This document shows, piece after piece, positions 9,740 to 19,772 of a DNA stretch of 64,000 nucleotides. Source of the stretch: a virus. Under the pieces are notes generated by a model. It saw only the letters and a program-made list of their open reading frames with translations, did no database searches and was not told the origin of the DNA. The first letter of the stretch is position 1. Each line of letters opens with the position of its first letter. The DNA lies in IMG/VR virus record IMGVR_UViG_3300037488_001841, positions 1 through 64,000 of that record. One strand, given 5' to 3'. The translations under genes and the position numbers were made by a program.

Positions 9740-10063
9740 ATGCAGTTACAGTATTATAATAGATATAGTCCATTTTTAGTTAACGGAGAACAAACCGTGG
9801 TTCCGTATATTAATTTACCTGCAAAATCATCAGACAAAAGGTACATTTATAAAGTTGGAATTTCAAGATTGGATAAAGTATCACAACAACATTATAACTC
9901 ACCATTTTTTGGTTGGTTAATATTACAAGCAAACCCCCAATATACAGGGTTTGAGTTTAACATACCTGATGGGGCTGTATTGACTATTCCATATCCATTA
10001 CTAACTTCATTACAGGATTATAAAAACGAATTAGACAATTACACATTCTATTATGGTAAATAA
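9740..10063 (+). CDS. LysM-like baseplate protein (gp53 / P2 gpX-like)
   Basis: RLDKVSQQHYNSPFFGWLILQANP...IPDGAVLTIP. Confidence 0.8.
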   Translation: MQLQYYNRYSPFLVNGEQTVVPYINLPAKSSDKRYIYKVGISRLDKVSQQHYNSPFFGWLILQANPQYTGFEFNIPDGAVLTIPYPLLTSLQDYKNELDNYTFYYGK

Positions 10064-13000
10064 CGGGGAAAATATATTAGTTGAATTTGACTACCAAAAC
10101 ATATCAGTTATTGACCCAAACAAAGTTATTGACGAAGAAGGTAGACCAAAAGAACGACTTATAGATCACGAAAATCTTGTGTTCTATGCGAATTTGGAAT
10201 GTACGGTTTTACCGAGAACTAAATTGGCTTTGGGGGTTCCATTAAATGAATCCGTTAAAACTATATCGGTAGGAAGAATAAACTTCTTAAATCCTGGTTT
10301 CAAAAAGTTTTTGGATAATGGATGGTCGGATGAATTAACGGGTAAGAATACATTAAAAGGTGAGGGTGTTAATCAACCGAGAAAATCGGTAAGTGTTAGT
10401 CCTGACAAACCTGATGATTTTTATTTTAGTCAAAGTTTAGTTTCTAACGGGGTTCCTGGTGCTGTTGATAATGGTTTATTAGGGATTACACAAATAAACT
10501 ATACTTGTGGTTTGGATTTTGTTCCTACTATTGATATAACACTTGAAGATGTTAAAGGTAGATCTTTATTTGAGGGGGGTAATAATTCTCCTTACGCGGC
10601 TTTCTTCCAATTCCCATATCCATTATTTTATTTAACAATAAAAGGTTATTTGGGTAAGGCGGTTAGATTACCATTAATGTTAGAAAAATTCGGATCATCT
10701 TTTGATCCAAGTACCGGTAATTTTAGAGTTAGGTTAGAAATGAAGACATATAAGTATACAATTATGTCTCATGTTAGTTTTGGGGCAATGATGGGGACTC
10801 CATTAATGTATAAGTCAATTGTTTCTACAAACCAAACAAAACCTAACAATAGTACTAATGACTCAACCTCAGTTGTAAAAACATTTGCGAGTGAGGGGTA
10901 TCAGAAAATGAAAGAGTTGTACTCTGAATATAAATCAAAAGGTTTAATTGATGATAATTTTCCTGAAATAACGATACAACAATTAAAATATAGATTAGAT
11001 AGGTTTATTAAAAACATTCTAGATAGTTTTAAAAAAACTAATTTAAATGTATTAAACAATTTAAATGATTATGAAACTCAATTAACGGAATATGAGGGTA
11101 ATGTATTTCTTTATACTCCGGATTCTTGGGCGAAAACAAATTTAGATCAAACTAATGTTTATATTCTTAATGATAGTGGTGAATATGTGTATCAATGGAA
11201 GAAAGAATATAGAGATGATCGGGCAAAACAAGTTGCTCCATTTAATGAACTTAATGGTTTAATCACAAGATTTAATCTTGCTTTAGCAAATAATAAAACT
11301 CTTGGAAAAAATCAACCTGATTATATCCCAAATAAAATTGATATAAATAGTTGTATTACTAAGGCGAAGTTTAGTGATATTAATATAAGTAAAACATATT
11401 ATATTAGAACAAATAAAGAATTACCTGGTAATCCATCTGAAGTTTTGGCGTTTACAAAAACATTAGAGATAGAATTCCAAAAGAACAAAAACTTTCAATT
11501 TGAAGGAAAAGGATATTTTATGGATTTTACAAAGAAAATCCAACAAAAGTATCAAACTGCAAGACAATCAATTGAGGAAAATTTAACTGCACAATTGGCG
11601 GATCAAATGAGTGATACCTCATCAGGAATTGGGTTCGCACCAACTATGAGAAATATTCTTGCGGTGTTCTTTGCTCAAGGTGAAGCGTTTTTACGTTTAA
11701 TGGATGATGTCCACACTAAAGCGTGGAATTTAAGGGAAGACCCATATCGTAAAGATGCGGTGTTTGGAAGTAACTCAACGGTACCAAGTGTTGATATAAA
11801 AGGTGACGGTATAGAAAATACTCCAATTTATCCTTGGCCTCAATTAATTGTTGAGAATACAAAGAATGATGGTGGTGAAAAATATGAATTAAAATATCCT
11901 GGTGACCCTGTTTTATCAAGTAAGTTGAAAGCGTTTATTCCTGAAATATGGCCTGAGGTAGAATTTGTTGAAGAGTTTATTAAAGGTTATACGGAAAGAG
12001 AATTACCAATCCCCGATCCTGAATATACAAATAATGGTTTAACAAGGCCAAATAGATTAAGTTTCAATGCTATTGAATTCCCAATTAATAATCAAGTATT
12101 TCAAAATACGGAAGAAGTTAAGTTTTTTTACGAAATTTATGAAAGATTAATGTTAAATTCTTTCTATAGTTTAATGAGTAGAGATTCGGCTAAAATTTAC
12201 AACATGGGATTTTATTCTGCTGAAGCTGAGGTTACGAACATTATAAAGGCGTTGAGTGATGATAACCCATATTTAACAAAAAAATTAAAGGAATATAATA
12301 TAAACTCTCAAGTTTATTTGGGTTTCCTAAGACATATTTCTAACCAAGGTGAAGGTCAATCTTGGCAAAACTTTATTAGAGGTGAGTTTAATACAACATA
12401 TATTAAAAATGAATCAACCAATCCTTTTGAACTTTTAGATGGTAAGATATTGGACAATGAAATATCACAACCAAACGTTGGTTTAGAAAATAGTGAATTA
12501 GTTGAAAAATATATTGGTGTTGATAATGTTCCTGAAACATATGGTATATGTGATTTATATCCATTAACCAATTTAACTTGGGATAAAAATTATTTGGCAA
12601 ATGGAACAATATTACAGAATAGTGAATCTGTGTATAAAACTTCGGATGTATTAAAATATAATTTAAATAACAAATCAATTGTTAATTTTAATGAAAATCA
12701 GGTTATAAAACCAATTACTAACTTTAATTATGCTAATAGTGTTTTTGATCAAACAGTTTTTACGACTTTCTTAAAAACATTCTACCAAAATAGAGAAATA
12801 AAAAATCAATTCATTACTGAGGGTAATATTTTTTATAAAAACTATAATGGTAATTTAATTGCGGATCAGACGACATCTATGTTGAATACCCCCTATTTTA
12901 TAAATGCAATCCAAAAAGGAGTTTATAATTTTAGGTATAATAGTGGTGATCTTGCTCCGTATAAATTGGCGGCATATTTGTTTTTAAATAGTTTACCTTT

Positions 13001-16000
13001 AGCAACATTAAAAGAAAGATATAAATTAGTTGATGATACAAACAACACAACAAATGAGTTGAGTTATATAATGTCAACAATTAAGAAATTTGGTGTGGTT
13101 CATAAATTACCATATGCTTGGGTTTTAAAATATGGTTCACTTTGGCACAGATATAAAACTTGGGTTGATACGGGAAATGACATATTAAGTGATGTATGGA
13201 AAGATTTTAATTATTCATATAACTATGACCCTATTAATAGTGCGACAACTAAAACATATGATGTTACGATTAATGGCGTACCTCAAGAAATAGTATTACA
13301 AGACAACTTAACTACAACTGTTGCTGGTAGTAATTACACTAAAACTGTTATAAACAATGGGTTCTACCCTAAAACCTTGGATGACTTCAATGTGTTTTAT
13401 CAAGGGAGAATGTTATTTGATGCGATGGTTCAAATTGGGGGGACCTGTGCGATTGTTAATGGAAATCAATTAGAAGTATTAACAATAAATGCGAATGAGA
13501 TTATTGATGGTATGGTAATATCTGGTACAGGATTACAATATAATACAACAATAGTTTCACAAGTAAGTGGTACAACAGGAGGTGCTGGTAGATATAATAT
13601 AATACCTAATCAAGTGCCAAACGGAACAACAATAACCCTAAATCAATTAGGACCTACATTAAACTTTATTATTACAAACCCTAATTCAATTGGATATACA
13701 AATCCCGAAGTACAATTAGCGTTAGATACGAAACTATCTATGGTTAAAACAACTGATTCAGTTATTAATAAAGCCATTGGTTTTGATCCTTTTGTTGTTA
13801 ATAGGTCTTTAAGTTTAACTCCTTGGTCTTGTTATGTAAAAACAACTGATCCTGCCTTTGTTTATCCTTTACCTTCATTTGGGGGGTTAGTGAATCAAAC
13901 AAAAGATGAATGTTTTAATATTAATGGTACTATAAAAACAGAAGTTGTTAATAATCCGGCAATGTATAATGGTTCGGTAAGATTATTTTGGAAAGCACCT
14001 AACTACGGATACTACGATAATAGTAAGGTGGTCTCACCAGAGCCTGATAGTTACTTAAAAGAAATTTACAATAGTGGTACAACACAACAGAATTTCTCTA
14101 TTAATGGAGATGTTAATGACTACTCCAAATTGGATGAAATGTTTACAACTTTTGATAAAGATGCATTAGATATATTGGAAATTGAATTTTTAAATTTTAG
14201 TAGATCGGTTTATGATTATGACACTTTAATTACTTCTATTAACGAAAATGAAACGGAAAGTGAGAAATCATATAAAAATTTCCAAATGTTAATGAGAATG
14301 ATGATGAAGGTTCCAACACCAACATCAACAGTGGATAATACAATTGTGGAGGAAATACAAAATAGTCAAATTAAATCTTTTAAAACATATTTATCTGGTT
14401 TTATGAATTATGAGGTTGTTATGAAATATGGTAACCCATCTAATTTTAATAAAAAATTATTTTATACGTTCTCCAACAAATATATAGAAGATCCATATGT
14501 GTATCAGGGATATAAACAATCATCACCTAATACATTACCAACCGCAACACAAAGTCCTGTAACATTGGCTCAATCAAAGGCTAATAATCCTCAAACATGG
14601 AAAACGTTAGAGACATATGTTGGATTTTCTGAAATACCACAATTACAATATAAAAATACCGGTTCATATATAACGGATTTCTTTATTGATTTGGATGTAC
14701 AATTTAATGAAAAGAATGTAATACAGTTTGCTCCGATTATAAAAATTTATGCGACTCAAAAACTTAAAAATAATAATATTACAAGAAGTGAGTTTTACTC
14801 ATTAATGAATGATTATTTAAATAAAAATGAGGATTATATTGATACTGTTCTTGATTTGGAATTAACAAGATTGAGAAATAAATTACCGAATGTTATTGTA
14901 ACTCCGGATAGAACAAGTGTAAAATCTGATTTACAGGGGGAACAAAGTAGATACGAACTTTGGGATACATTCAAATCTATAAACGATAAGTTTATTTCGG
15001 GTAATGATTACAAAACTAAAACATTATTTGAGGATATATTATTATTTGATAGAGCAAGTAGGGATGTGGGTCAAAAAATTTATGCTGACATTTTTAAGGT
15101 AAAAGATTTAATTGAGTATGGTAAGTACAGTAATACTATGTTAGATATGGTTACCACAATTTTAACTGAAAATAATTTTACTTATTTTACTATGCCGGCA
15201 TATGCTAATTTTTATAACGTACAAGACGCTAGTAAAAACCCAACACCAAATCCTGAGGGAACTTTAGAGTTTGCTAATTCGTTATTTGGTACATTTCTAA
15301 GTTTGGATTATAGAGATACAACTTCAAAGTTTTTATGTTTATATGCTAACAAACCTAGTGAACATTTGGCGTTAAATGATAATGTGGATTATCGTTTTAG
15401 GGATGATGCGTTTGATTTAAGAAGGGCAAGTGACAATCCATTACTTGATAATCTAAATGGAAAAACAGATTGGGACAAATCAAATAAAGTTGTTGGATTT
15501 AATGTGGACATTGGACCTCAAAACCAACAAATATTCAAACAGTTTGACATTTCTCAAGATCCTGGTATGCCAACAACGGAGTCGTTAGAGGTATTAAACC
15601 AAATGGCAAACTTGAATCGTAATAGAAGTGAATCAACACAGAGTGTTTCGTTATATAATCTTTATAGAAATAGAAGTTATAAGTGTAACATTGATATGTT
15701 AGGTAATGCAATGATTCAACCGATGATGTACTTCAATTTAAGAAATGTTCCTATGTTTAGTGGTCCATATATGATTTTAAAGGTATCACATAGAATAAGT
15801 GAAAATGGGTTTGATACAGAATTTGAAGGTCAAAGACAACCATTTTATAGTATACCGGCAATAGATAAATTTTTACAATCTTTAAGTACTAAAATTTTAG
15901 AAACAATACGGGAACAAATTGTAAAAGAAGAAACAGCATTACTTGAATCTGAAAGTAATATTTTACAAGAACAAAGTGACATTATTAATAATGCAAATAA

Positions 16001-16598
16001 CGGTAATGGATTATTAACAACTAACCAAAACTGTTCGGATAAATTAAATAGTTCTTATGTGAGTTATACAAATGAAACTCCGATTAAAACAACATTAACT
16101 TTAAAAAATGCCATTGATATAATAAAAGTTGAAATGAATAACGCTAATATAACAACAAACAATCAAACATTAATGTTGGCATTTTTATTCTCTGTCATGT
16201 ATATTGATTCGTATAAATCCGATAAATTTGAGGCATATGGTCATAATTATGGATCAATAAGATTAGATGTTTCTTATGGAGGAGCGGCTTCTCTTATGGA
16301 GAATAAGTACTATTGTGTTAATCAAGGTACTACCCAAAATATACCTCTTGCTACTTTTAGCACTGATAGTGCGTTTATTAGATTTGCCATTACCAAATTT
16401 AAAGAAAAACTTTCTTATATACAAAATCAACCATTATCAACTGAAGATGAACAAATAAAGGCTTTATCAAAAACATTCATATTAAGGTGGCCTGTTAACC
16501 AACCTGATAATGTATATGAAAAAATGACCGAACAAGATAAAAAAACAGTAGAGAATAAATTCAGGAAGGCATTTGATATTGTTAAATCAATAAACTAA
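10053..16598 (+). CDS. Giant baseplate hub protein (gp27 / late-control D / VgrG-like)
   Basis: N-terminal LGITQI...P.IDITLEDV.G and YP.FYLTIKGYLG; C-terminal YKCNIDMLGNAMIQPMMYF.L.NVPMFSGPYMILKVSH.I...F.T.F.G, a typical hub signature; follows the LysM gene. Confidence 0.65.
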   Translation: MVNNGENILVEFDYQNISVIDPNKVIDEEGRPKERLIDHENLVFYANLECTVLPRTKLALGVPLNESVKTISVGRINFLNPGFKKFLDNGWSDELTGKNTLKGEGVNQPRKSVSVSPDKPDDFYFSQSLVSNGVPGAVDNGLLGITQINYTCGLDFVPTIDITLEDVKGRSLFEGGNNSPYAAFFQFPYPLFYLTIKGYLGKAVRLPLMLEKFGSSFDPSTGNFRVRLEMKTYKYTIMSHVSFGAMMGTPLMYKSIVSTNQTKPNNSTNDSTSVVKTFASEGYQKMKELYSEYKSKGLIDDNFPEITIQQLKYRLDRFIKNILDSFKKTNLNVLNNLNDYETQLTEYEGNVFLYTPDSWAKTNLDQTNVYILNDSGEYVYQWKKEYRDDRAKQVAPFNELNGLITRFNLALANNKTLGKNQPDYIPNKIDINSCITKAKFSDINISKTYYIRTNKELPGNPSEVLAFTKTLEIEFQKNKNFQFEGKGYFMDFTKKIQQKYQTARQSIEENLTAQLADQMSDTSSGIGFAPTMRNILAVFFAQGEAFLRLMDDVHTKAWNLREDPYRKDAVFGSNSTVPSVDIKGDGIENTPIYPWPQLIVENTKNDGGEKYELKYPGDPVLSSKLKAFIPEIWPEVEFVEEFIKGYTERELPIPDPEYTNNGLTRPNRLSFNAIEFPINNQVFQNTEEVKFFYEIYERLMLNSFYSLMSRDSAKIYNMGFYSAEAEVTNIIKALSDDNPYLTKKLKEYNINSQVYLGFLRHISNQGEGQSWQNFIRGEFNTTYIKNESTNPFELLDGKILDNEISQPNVGLENSELVEKYIGVDNVPETYGICDLYPLTNLTWDKNYLANGTILQNSESVYKTSDVLKYNLNNKSIVNFNENQVIKPITNFNYANSVFDQTVFTTFLKTFYQNREIKNQFITEGNIFYKNYNGNLIADQTTSMLNTPYFINAIQKGVYNFRYNSGDLAPYKLAAYLFLNSLPLATLKERYKLVDDTNNTTNELSYIMSTIKKFGVVHKLPYAWVLKYGSLWHRYKTWVDTGNDILSDVWKDFNYSYNYDPINSATTKTYDVTINGVPQEIVLQDNLTTTVAGSNYTKTVINNGFYPKTLDDFNVFYQGRMLFDAMVQIGGTCAIVNGNQLEVLTINANEIIDGMVISGTGLQYNTTIVSQVSGTTGGAGRYNIIPNQVPNGTTITLNQLGPTLNFIITNPNSIGYTNPEVQLALDTKLSMVKTTDSVINKAIGFDPFVVNRSLSLTPWSCYVKTTDPAFVYPLPSFGGLVNQTKDECFNINGTIKTEVVNNPAMYNGSVRLFWKAPNYGYYDNSKVVSPEPDSYLKEIYNSGTTQQNFSINGDVNDYSKLDEMFTTFDKDALDILEIEFLNFSRSVYDYDTLITSINENETESEKSYKNFQMLMRMMMKVPTPTSTVDNTIVEEIQNSQIKSFKTYLSGFMNYEVVMKYGNPSNFNKKLFYTFSNKYIEDPYVYQGYKQSSPNTLPTATQSPVTLAQSKANNPQTWKTLETYVGFSEIPQLQYKNTGSYITDFFIDLDVQFNEKNVIQFAPIIKIYATQKLKNNNITRSEFYSLMNDYLNKNEDYIDTVLDLELTRLRNKLPNVIVTPDRTSVKSDLQGEQSRYELWDTFKSINDKFISGNDYKTKTLFEDILLFDRASRDVGQKIYADIFKVKDLIEYGKYSNTMLDMVTTILTENNFTYFTMPAYANFYNVQDASKNPTPNPEGTLEFANSLFGTFLSLDYRDTTSKFLCLYANKPSEHLALNDNVDYRFRDDAFDLRRASDNPLLDNLNGKTDWDKSNKVVGFNVDIGPQNQQIFKQFDISQDPGMPTTESLEVLNQMANLNRNRSESTQSVSLYNLYRNRSYKCNIDMLGNAMIQPMMYFNLRNVPMFSGPYMILKVSHRISENGFDTEFEGQRQPFYSIPAIDKFLQSLSTKILETIREQIVKEETALLESESNILQEQSDIINNANNGNGLLTTNQNCSDKLNSSYVSYTNETPIKTTLTLKNAIDIIKVEMNNANITTNNQTLMLAFLFSVMYIDSYKSDKFEAYGHNYGSIRLDVSYGGAASLMENKYYCVNQGTTQNIPLATFSTDSAFIRFAITKFKEKLSYIQNQPLSTEDEQIKALSKTFILRWPVNQPDNVYEKMTEQDKKTVENKFRKAFDIVKSIN

Positions 16599-16644
16599 CA
16601 AAATGTTTTTTTTTGTTTTATTAGATATTTATAATAAAAAAACT

Positions 16645-16869
16645 ATGAGCACAAAATTAATTTTAGACAACTATCTTGGTAAGAATACCAGAATGTCAGA
16701 GAAAGATGCGGGTAACGGATTTAAAGAGGTATGTGATTTAGATACCGGAGATTGTTATACAATAAGAATGAAAGATGGATTAATTGAGCGTGTGGATAAT
16801 ACAATGAACACACATAAAAAAATCCAAGTTGAAACTAAAAGTGGAATTAAACAATTATTAAACGGTTAA
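16645..16869 (+). CDS. Hypothetical protein (late)
   Basis: ATG 16645 after TATTTATA (16626); VCDLDTGDCY motif. Confidence 0.6.
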   Translation: MSTKLILDNYLGKNTRMSEKDAGNGFKEVCDLDTGDCYTIRMKDGLIERVDNTMNTHKKIQVETKSGIKQLLNG

Positions 16870-16870
16870 A

Positions 16871-17482
16871 ATGGCAATAGATAAAAAAATTTTAGAAGAA
16901 ATTAAAAGACATAATAATATTAATAAATATATTATGGAACAAGGTGAATTACCTCCACCTCCGGCTGAGGCAGCACCTGCAATACCATCTCCTGAGGTTG
17001 CACCTGCGGCACCGGTGGCTCCTGAGGTACCACCAACACCACAACCTGTGGATATTGAAAATGATCCTGATGTTGAGGAAGTAGGTAATGAAACTGAAGA
17101 ATTAGACATTACTGATTTAGTTGATACCCAAAAAACTTTTGCCGATAAGCAAGAAGAGTATTTTAATAATCTTTTTAGTCAATTACAAAATCTTGAAAGT
17201 AAATTAGGTGAAATGGATAACTTAGTTAATACCGTTAATAATTTAGAGGTAAAGATTGAAAAAATGAGACCTAAAACACCTGAAGAAAAATTAGAACTAA
17301 GAAGTTTAGATTCAGGACCCTTCAATCAAAAATTAAGTGAATTCTTTGACGATAAAGCGGATGATATGGAAAAATCAGGAAAGAATGAATATGTTTTAAC
17401 TACAGATGAGGTTGAAGAATATTCCCCAAGTGAAATCAAAGGAAGTTTTCGTGAATACGATGACGAAGACGAATTTATGTAA
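16871..17482 (+). CDS. Hypothetical acidic, Pro-rich, coiled-coil protein (possible head/scaffold-associated)
   Basis: ORF composition; co-transcribed with the 16645 ORF. Confidence 0.6.
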   Translation: MAIDKKILEEIKRHNNINKYIMEQGELPPPPAEAAPAIPSPEVAPAAPVAPEVPPTPQPVDIENDPDVEEVGNETEELDITDLVDTQKTFADKQEEYFNNLFSQLQNLESKLGEMDNLVNTVNNLEVKIEKMRPKTPEEKLELRSLDSGPFNQKLSEFFDDKADDMEKSGKNEYVLTTDEVEEYSPSEIKGSFREYDDEDEFM

Positions 17483-17486
17483 TACG

Positions 17487-17513
17487 TGGGGTGTCTAACA
17501 CCCCAATTTTTTT
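17487..17513 (+). terminator. Rho-independent terminator
   Basis: TGGGGTGT-cta-ACACCCCA followed by a T-run. Confidence 0.75.
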
Positions 17514-17525
17514 TAATATACCTTA

Positions 17526-17554
17526 TTGACTACTACTTTTATTTAACTTATATT
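17526..17554 (+). promoter_or_regulatory. Sigma70-like promoter of the replication operon
   Basis: TTGACT-N17-TATATT upstream of the SSB gene. Confidence 0.5.
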
Positions 17555-17586
17555 TCTACTGTAAACTTTTAATTAATATATATAAT

Positions 17587-18453
17587 ATGGCGACAAACAA
17601 TGTTTTAGATGCGGTTTTGGCTCAGTATGAGAACTCAAAACAAAGTGGTTCTTCTTCCACTTCAAAAATGTCTCAAGAAGAAAGAATGAAAAAGTATTTC
17701 GCGGCAATCCTTAAAGACAGCGAAAAACAAGGACAAAGAAAAATCCGTATTTTACCTACAACTGATGGATCATCTCCTTTTAAAGAGGTTTGGTTCCACG
17801 AAATCAATGTTGATGGAAAATGGCAGAAGTTCTATGATCCGGGAAAAAATGACAACGAACGTTCACCTTTGAATGAGGTTTACGAAGAGTTAATGTCAAC
17901 AGGTCGTGAATCAGACAAACAATTAGCAACACAATACAAAGCTCGTAAGTTTTATATTGTTAAAGTGGTTGACCGAGATCACGAAGAAGACGGTGTTAAA
18001 TTTTGGAGATTTAAACACAACTACAAACAAGAAGGAATCCTTGATAAAATTATTCCAATTTGGAAAGCAAAGGGAGATGTTACCGATTCAGATAATGGAC
18101 GTGATTTAATCCTTGAACTTACAAAGGCAAAGACACCAAAAGGTGCAACATATACAGTTATTCAAACTGTAATGTATGACGATCCAACACCAACACATGA
18201 AGACGCTGAACAAGCATCTACATGGATCAACGATGAGTTGACATGGGAAGACGTTTATTCTAAAAAACCTGTTGAATATCTTGAAGCAATTGCAAGAGGT
18301 GAAACTCCAAGATGGGATACAGATGCGGGTAAATACATCTACTCTAATAGTGAACAATCAGAAGTTTCAATGGGAGGATCAACTCCAAAATCAATTAATG
18401 AGGTTGCAGATCCTCAGGTAAATGATGTTGAGGACGAAGATTTACCGTTCTAA
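17587..18453 (+). CDS. Single-stranded DNA-binding protein (T4 gp32-like)
   Basis: IRILP...SPF..VWFH, GVKFWRF, D..NGRDL.L; acidic tail EDEDLPF. Confidence 0.85.
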   Translation: MATNNVLDAVLAQYENSKQSGSSSTSKMSQEERMKKYFAAILKDSEKQGQRKIRILPTTDGSSPFKEVWFHEINVDGKWQKFYDPGKNDNERSPLNEVYEELMSTGRESDKQLATQYKARKFYIVKVVDRDHEEDGVKFWRFKHNYKQEGILDKIIPIWKAKGDVTDSDNGRDLILELTKAKTPKGATYTVIQTVMYDDPTPTHEDAEQASTWINDELTWEDVYSKKPVEYLEAIARGETPRWDTDAGKYIYSNSEQSEVSMGGSTPKSINEVADPQVNDVEDEDLPF

Positions 18454-18468
18454 TTAAATTAATAACTT

Positions 18469-18509
18469 ATACTAGGACACTCTGTCTATGTTAGTGTCCT
18501 AGTATTTTT
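18469..18509 (+). terminator. Perfect 13-bp inverted repeat / terminator
   Basis: ATACTAGGACACT-N11-AGTGTCCTAGTAT followed by TTT. Confidence 0.7.
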
Positions 18510-18521
18510 AAATCAAACAAA

Positions 18522-18743
18522 ATGAATAAGATTTCAGAAAAAATGTATGAGGCATTGACCTTAAAATATCGCTCAGAAATGGCGGAAACTGAAGCAACTT
18601 TATTAGTGTATTTTACAAATCCTGTTGGTATTGGAGAACATCCACAACATATTGAGGAAATGGATGGTTTAGTTGAAAAAATGGTTAACGCAAAAGATAA
18701 ACTTGAAATGCTAGAAGTGTTTCACAAATATAATTTAAAATAA
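18522..18743 (+). CDS. Small hypothetical phage protein
   Basis: NPVGIGEHP motif; 73 aa. Confidence 0.7.
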   Translation: MNKISEKMYEALTLKYRSEMAETEATLLVYFTNPVGIGEHPQHIEEMDGLVEKMVNAKDKLEMLEVFHKYNLK

Positions 18744-18744
18744 T

Positions 18745-19752
18745 ATGGCAATTAAGAAGAATGACTTTAGTTCATTAAAGAAGAAATTTTCCACTTCGGC
18801 AAAATACAAACCACAACGTTTCTTTGATTTGGGGTCTGAATTCTTAGATGCTGTTGGTTTACCTGGCCCTGCGATTGGACACCTTAATATGTTGTTAGGT
18901 CACTCTGATACGGGAAAAACTACTGCACTTGTTAAAACTGCGGTAGATGCTCAAAAGAAAGGTATTCTTCCTGTGTTTATTATTACAGAACAAAAATGGT
19001 CCTTTGAACACGCAAAATTGATGGGATTTGAATGTGATGAAGTAGTGGATACAGAAACAGGGGAAGTAGATTGGGATGGGTTTTATATATTCAATAATGA
19101 TTTTGATTATATTGAGCAAATTACAGATTATGTTAACCAATTATTGGATGCTCAAGATAAAGGTGAATTAGATTATTCATTATGTTTCTTATGGGATTCA
19201 GTTGGATCGGTTCCTTGTAAAATGACTTATGAGGGTAAAGGAGGTAAACAACACAATGCAAGTGTTTTAGCTGACAAAATTGGTATGGGTATTAACCAAC
19301 GAATTTCAGGATCTCGTAAAGCAGATTCTAAATTTGAAAATACCTTAATCATTGTTAATCAACCTTGGGTAGAATTACCTGACAATCCATTTGGTCAACC
19401 TAAGATCAAAGCAAAAGGTGGTGAAGCAATTTGGTTAAACTCTTCTTTGGTATTCTTATTTGGTAATCAAAAAGGTGCGGGAACAACAAAGATTACGGCA
19501 ACAAAAGACAAGAGAACTGTAAAGTTTGCTTCAAGAACAAAAGTGTCGGTTATGAAAAACCACATCAATGGTCTTGGTTTTGAAGACGGAAGAATTATTG
19601 TGACACCACACGGATTCTTACCTGGTAAAGATACCACAGAAGAAAAAGCATCAATAGAAAAGTATAAAAAAGAATATGCTGACTATTGGAAAGATATAAT
19701 CGGAGTAGATGGTGACTTTGATTTGAAAGCAGAAAAAGAAGAAGTTGAGTAG
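18745..19752 (+). CDS. uvsX: RecA/UvsX-like recombinase
   Basis: Walker A GHSDTGKTT; FLWDSVG; IIVNQ; KGGEAI; KNHI. Confidence 0.85.
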   Translation: MAIKKNDFSSLKKKFSTSAKYKPQRFFDLGSEFLDAVGLPGPAIGHLNMLLGHSDTGKTTALVKTAVDAQKKGILPVFIITEQKWSFEHAKLMGFECDEVVDTETGEVDWDGFYIFNNDFDYIEQITDYVNQLLDAQDKGELDYSLCFLWDSVGSVPCKMTYEGKGGKQHNASVLADKIGMGINQRISGSRKADSKFENTLIIVNQPWVELPDNPFGQPKIKAKGGEAIWLNSSLVFLFGNQKGAGTTKITATKDKRTVKFASRTKVSVMKNHINGLGFEDGRIIVTPHGFLPGKDTTEEKASIEKYKKEYADYWKDIIGVDGDFDLKAEKEEVE

Positions 19753-19772
19753 TAACAATTAAATTAAAAAAA

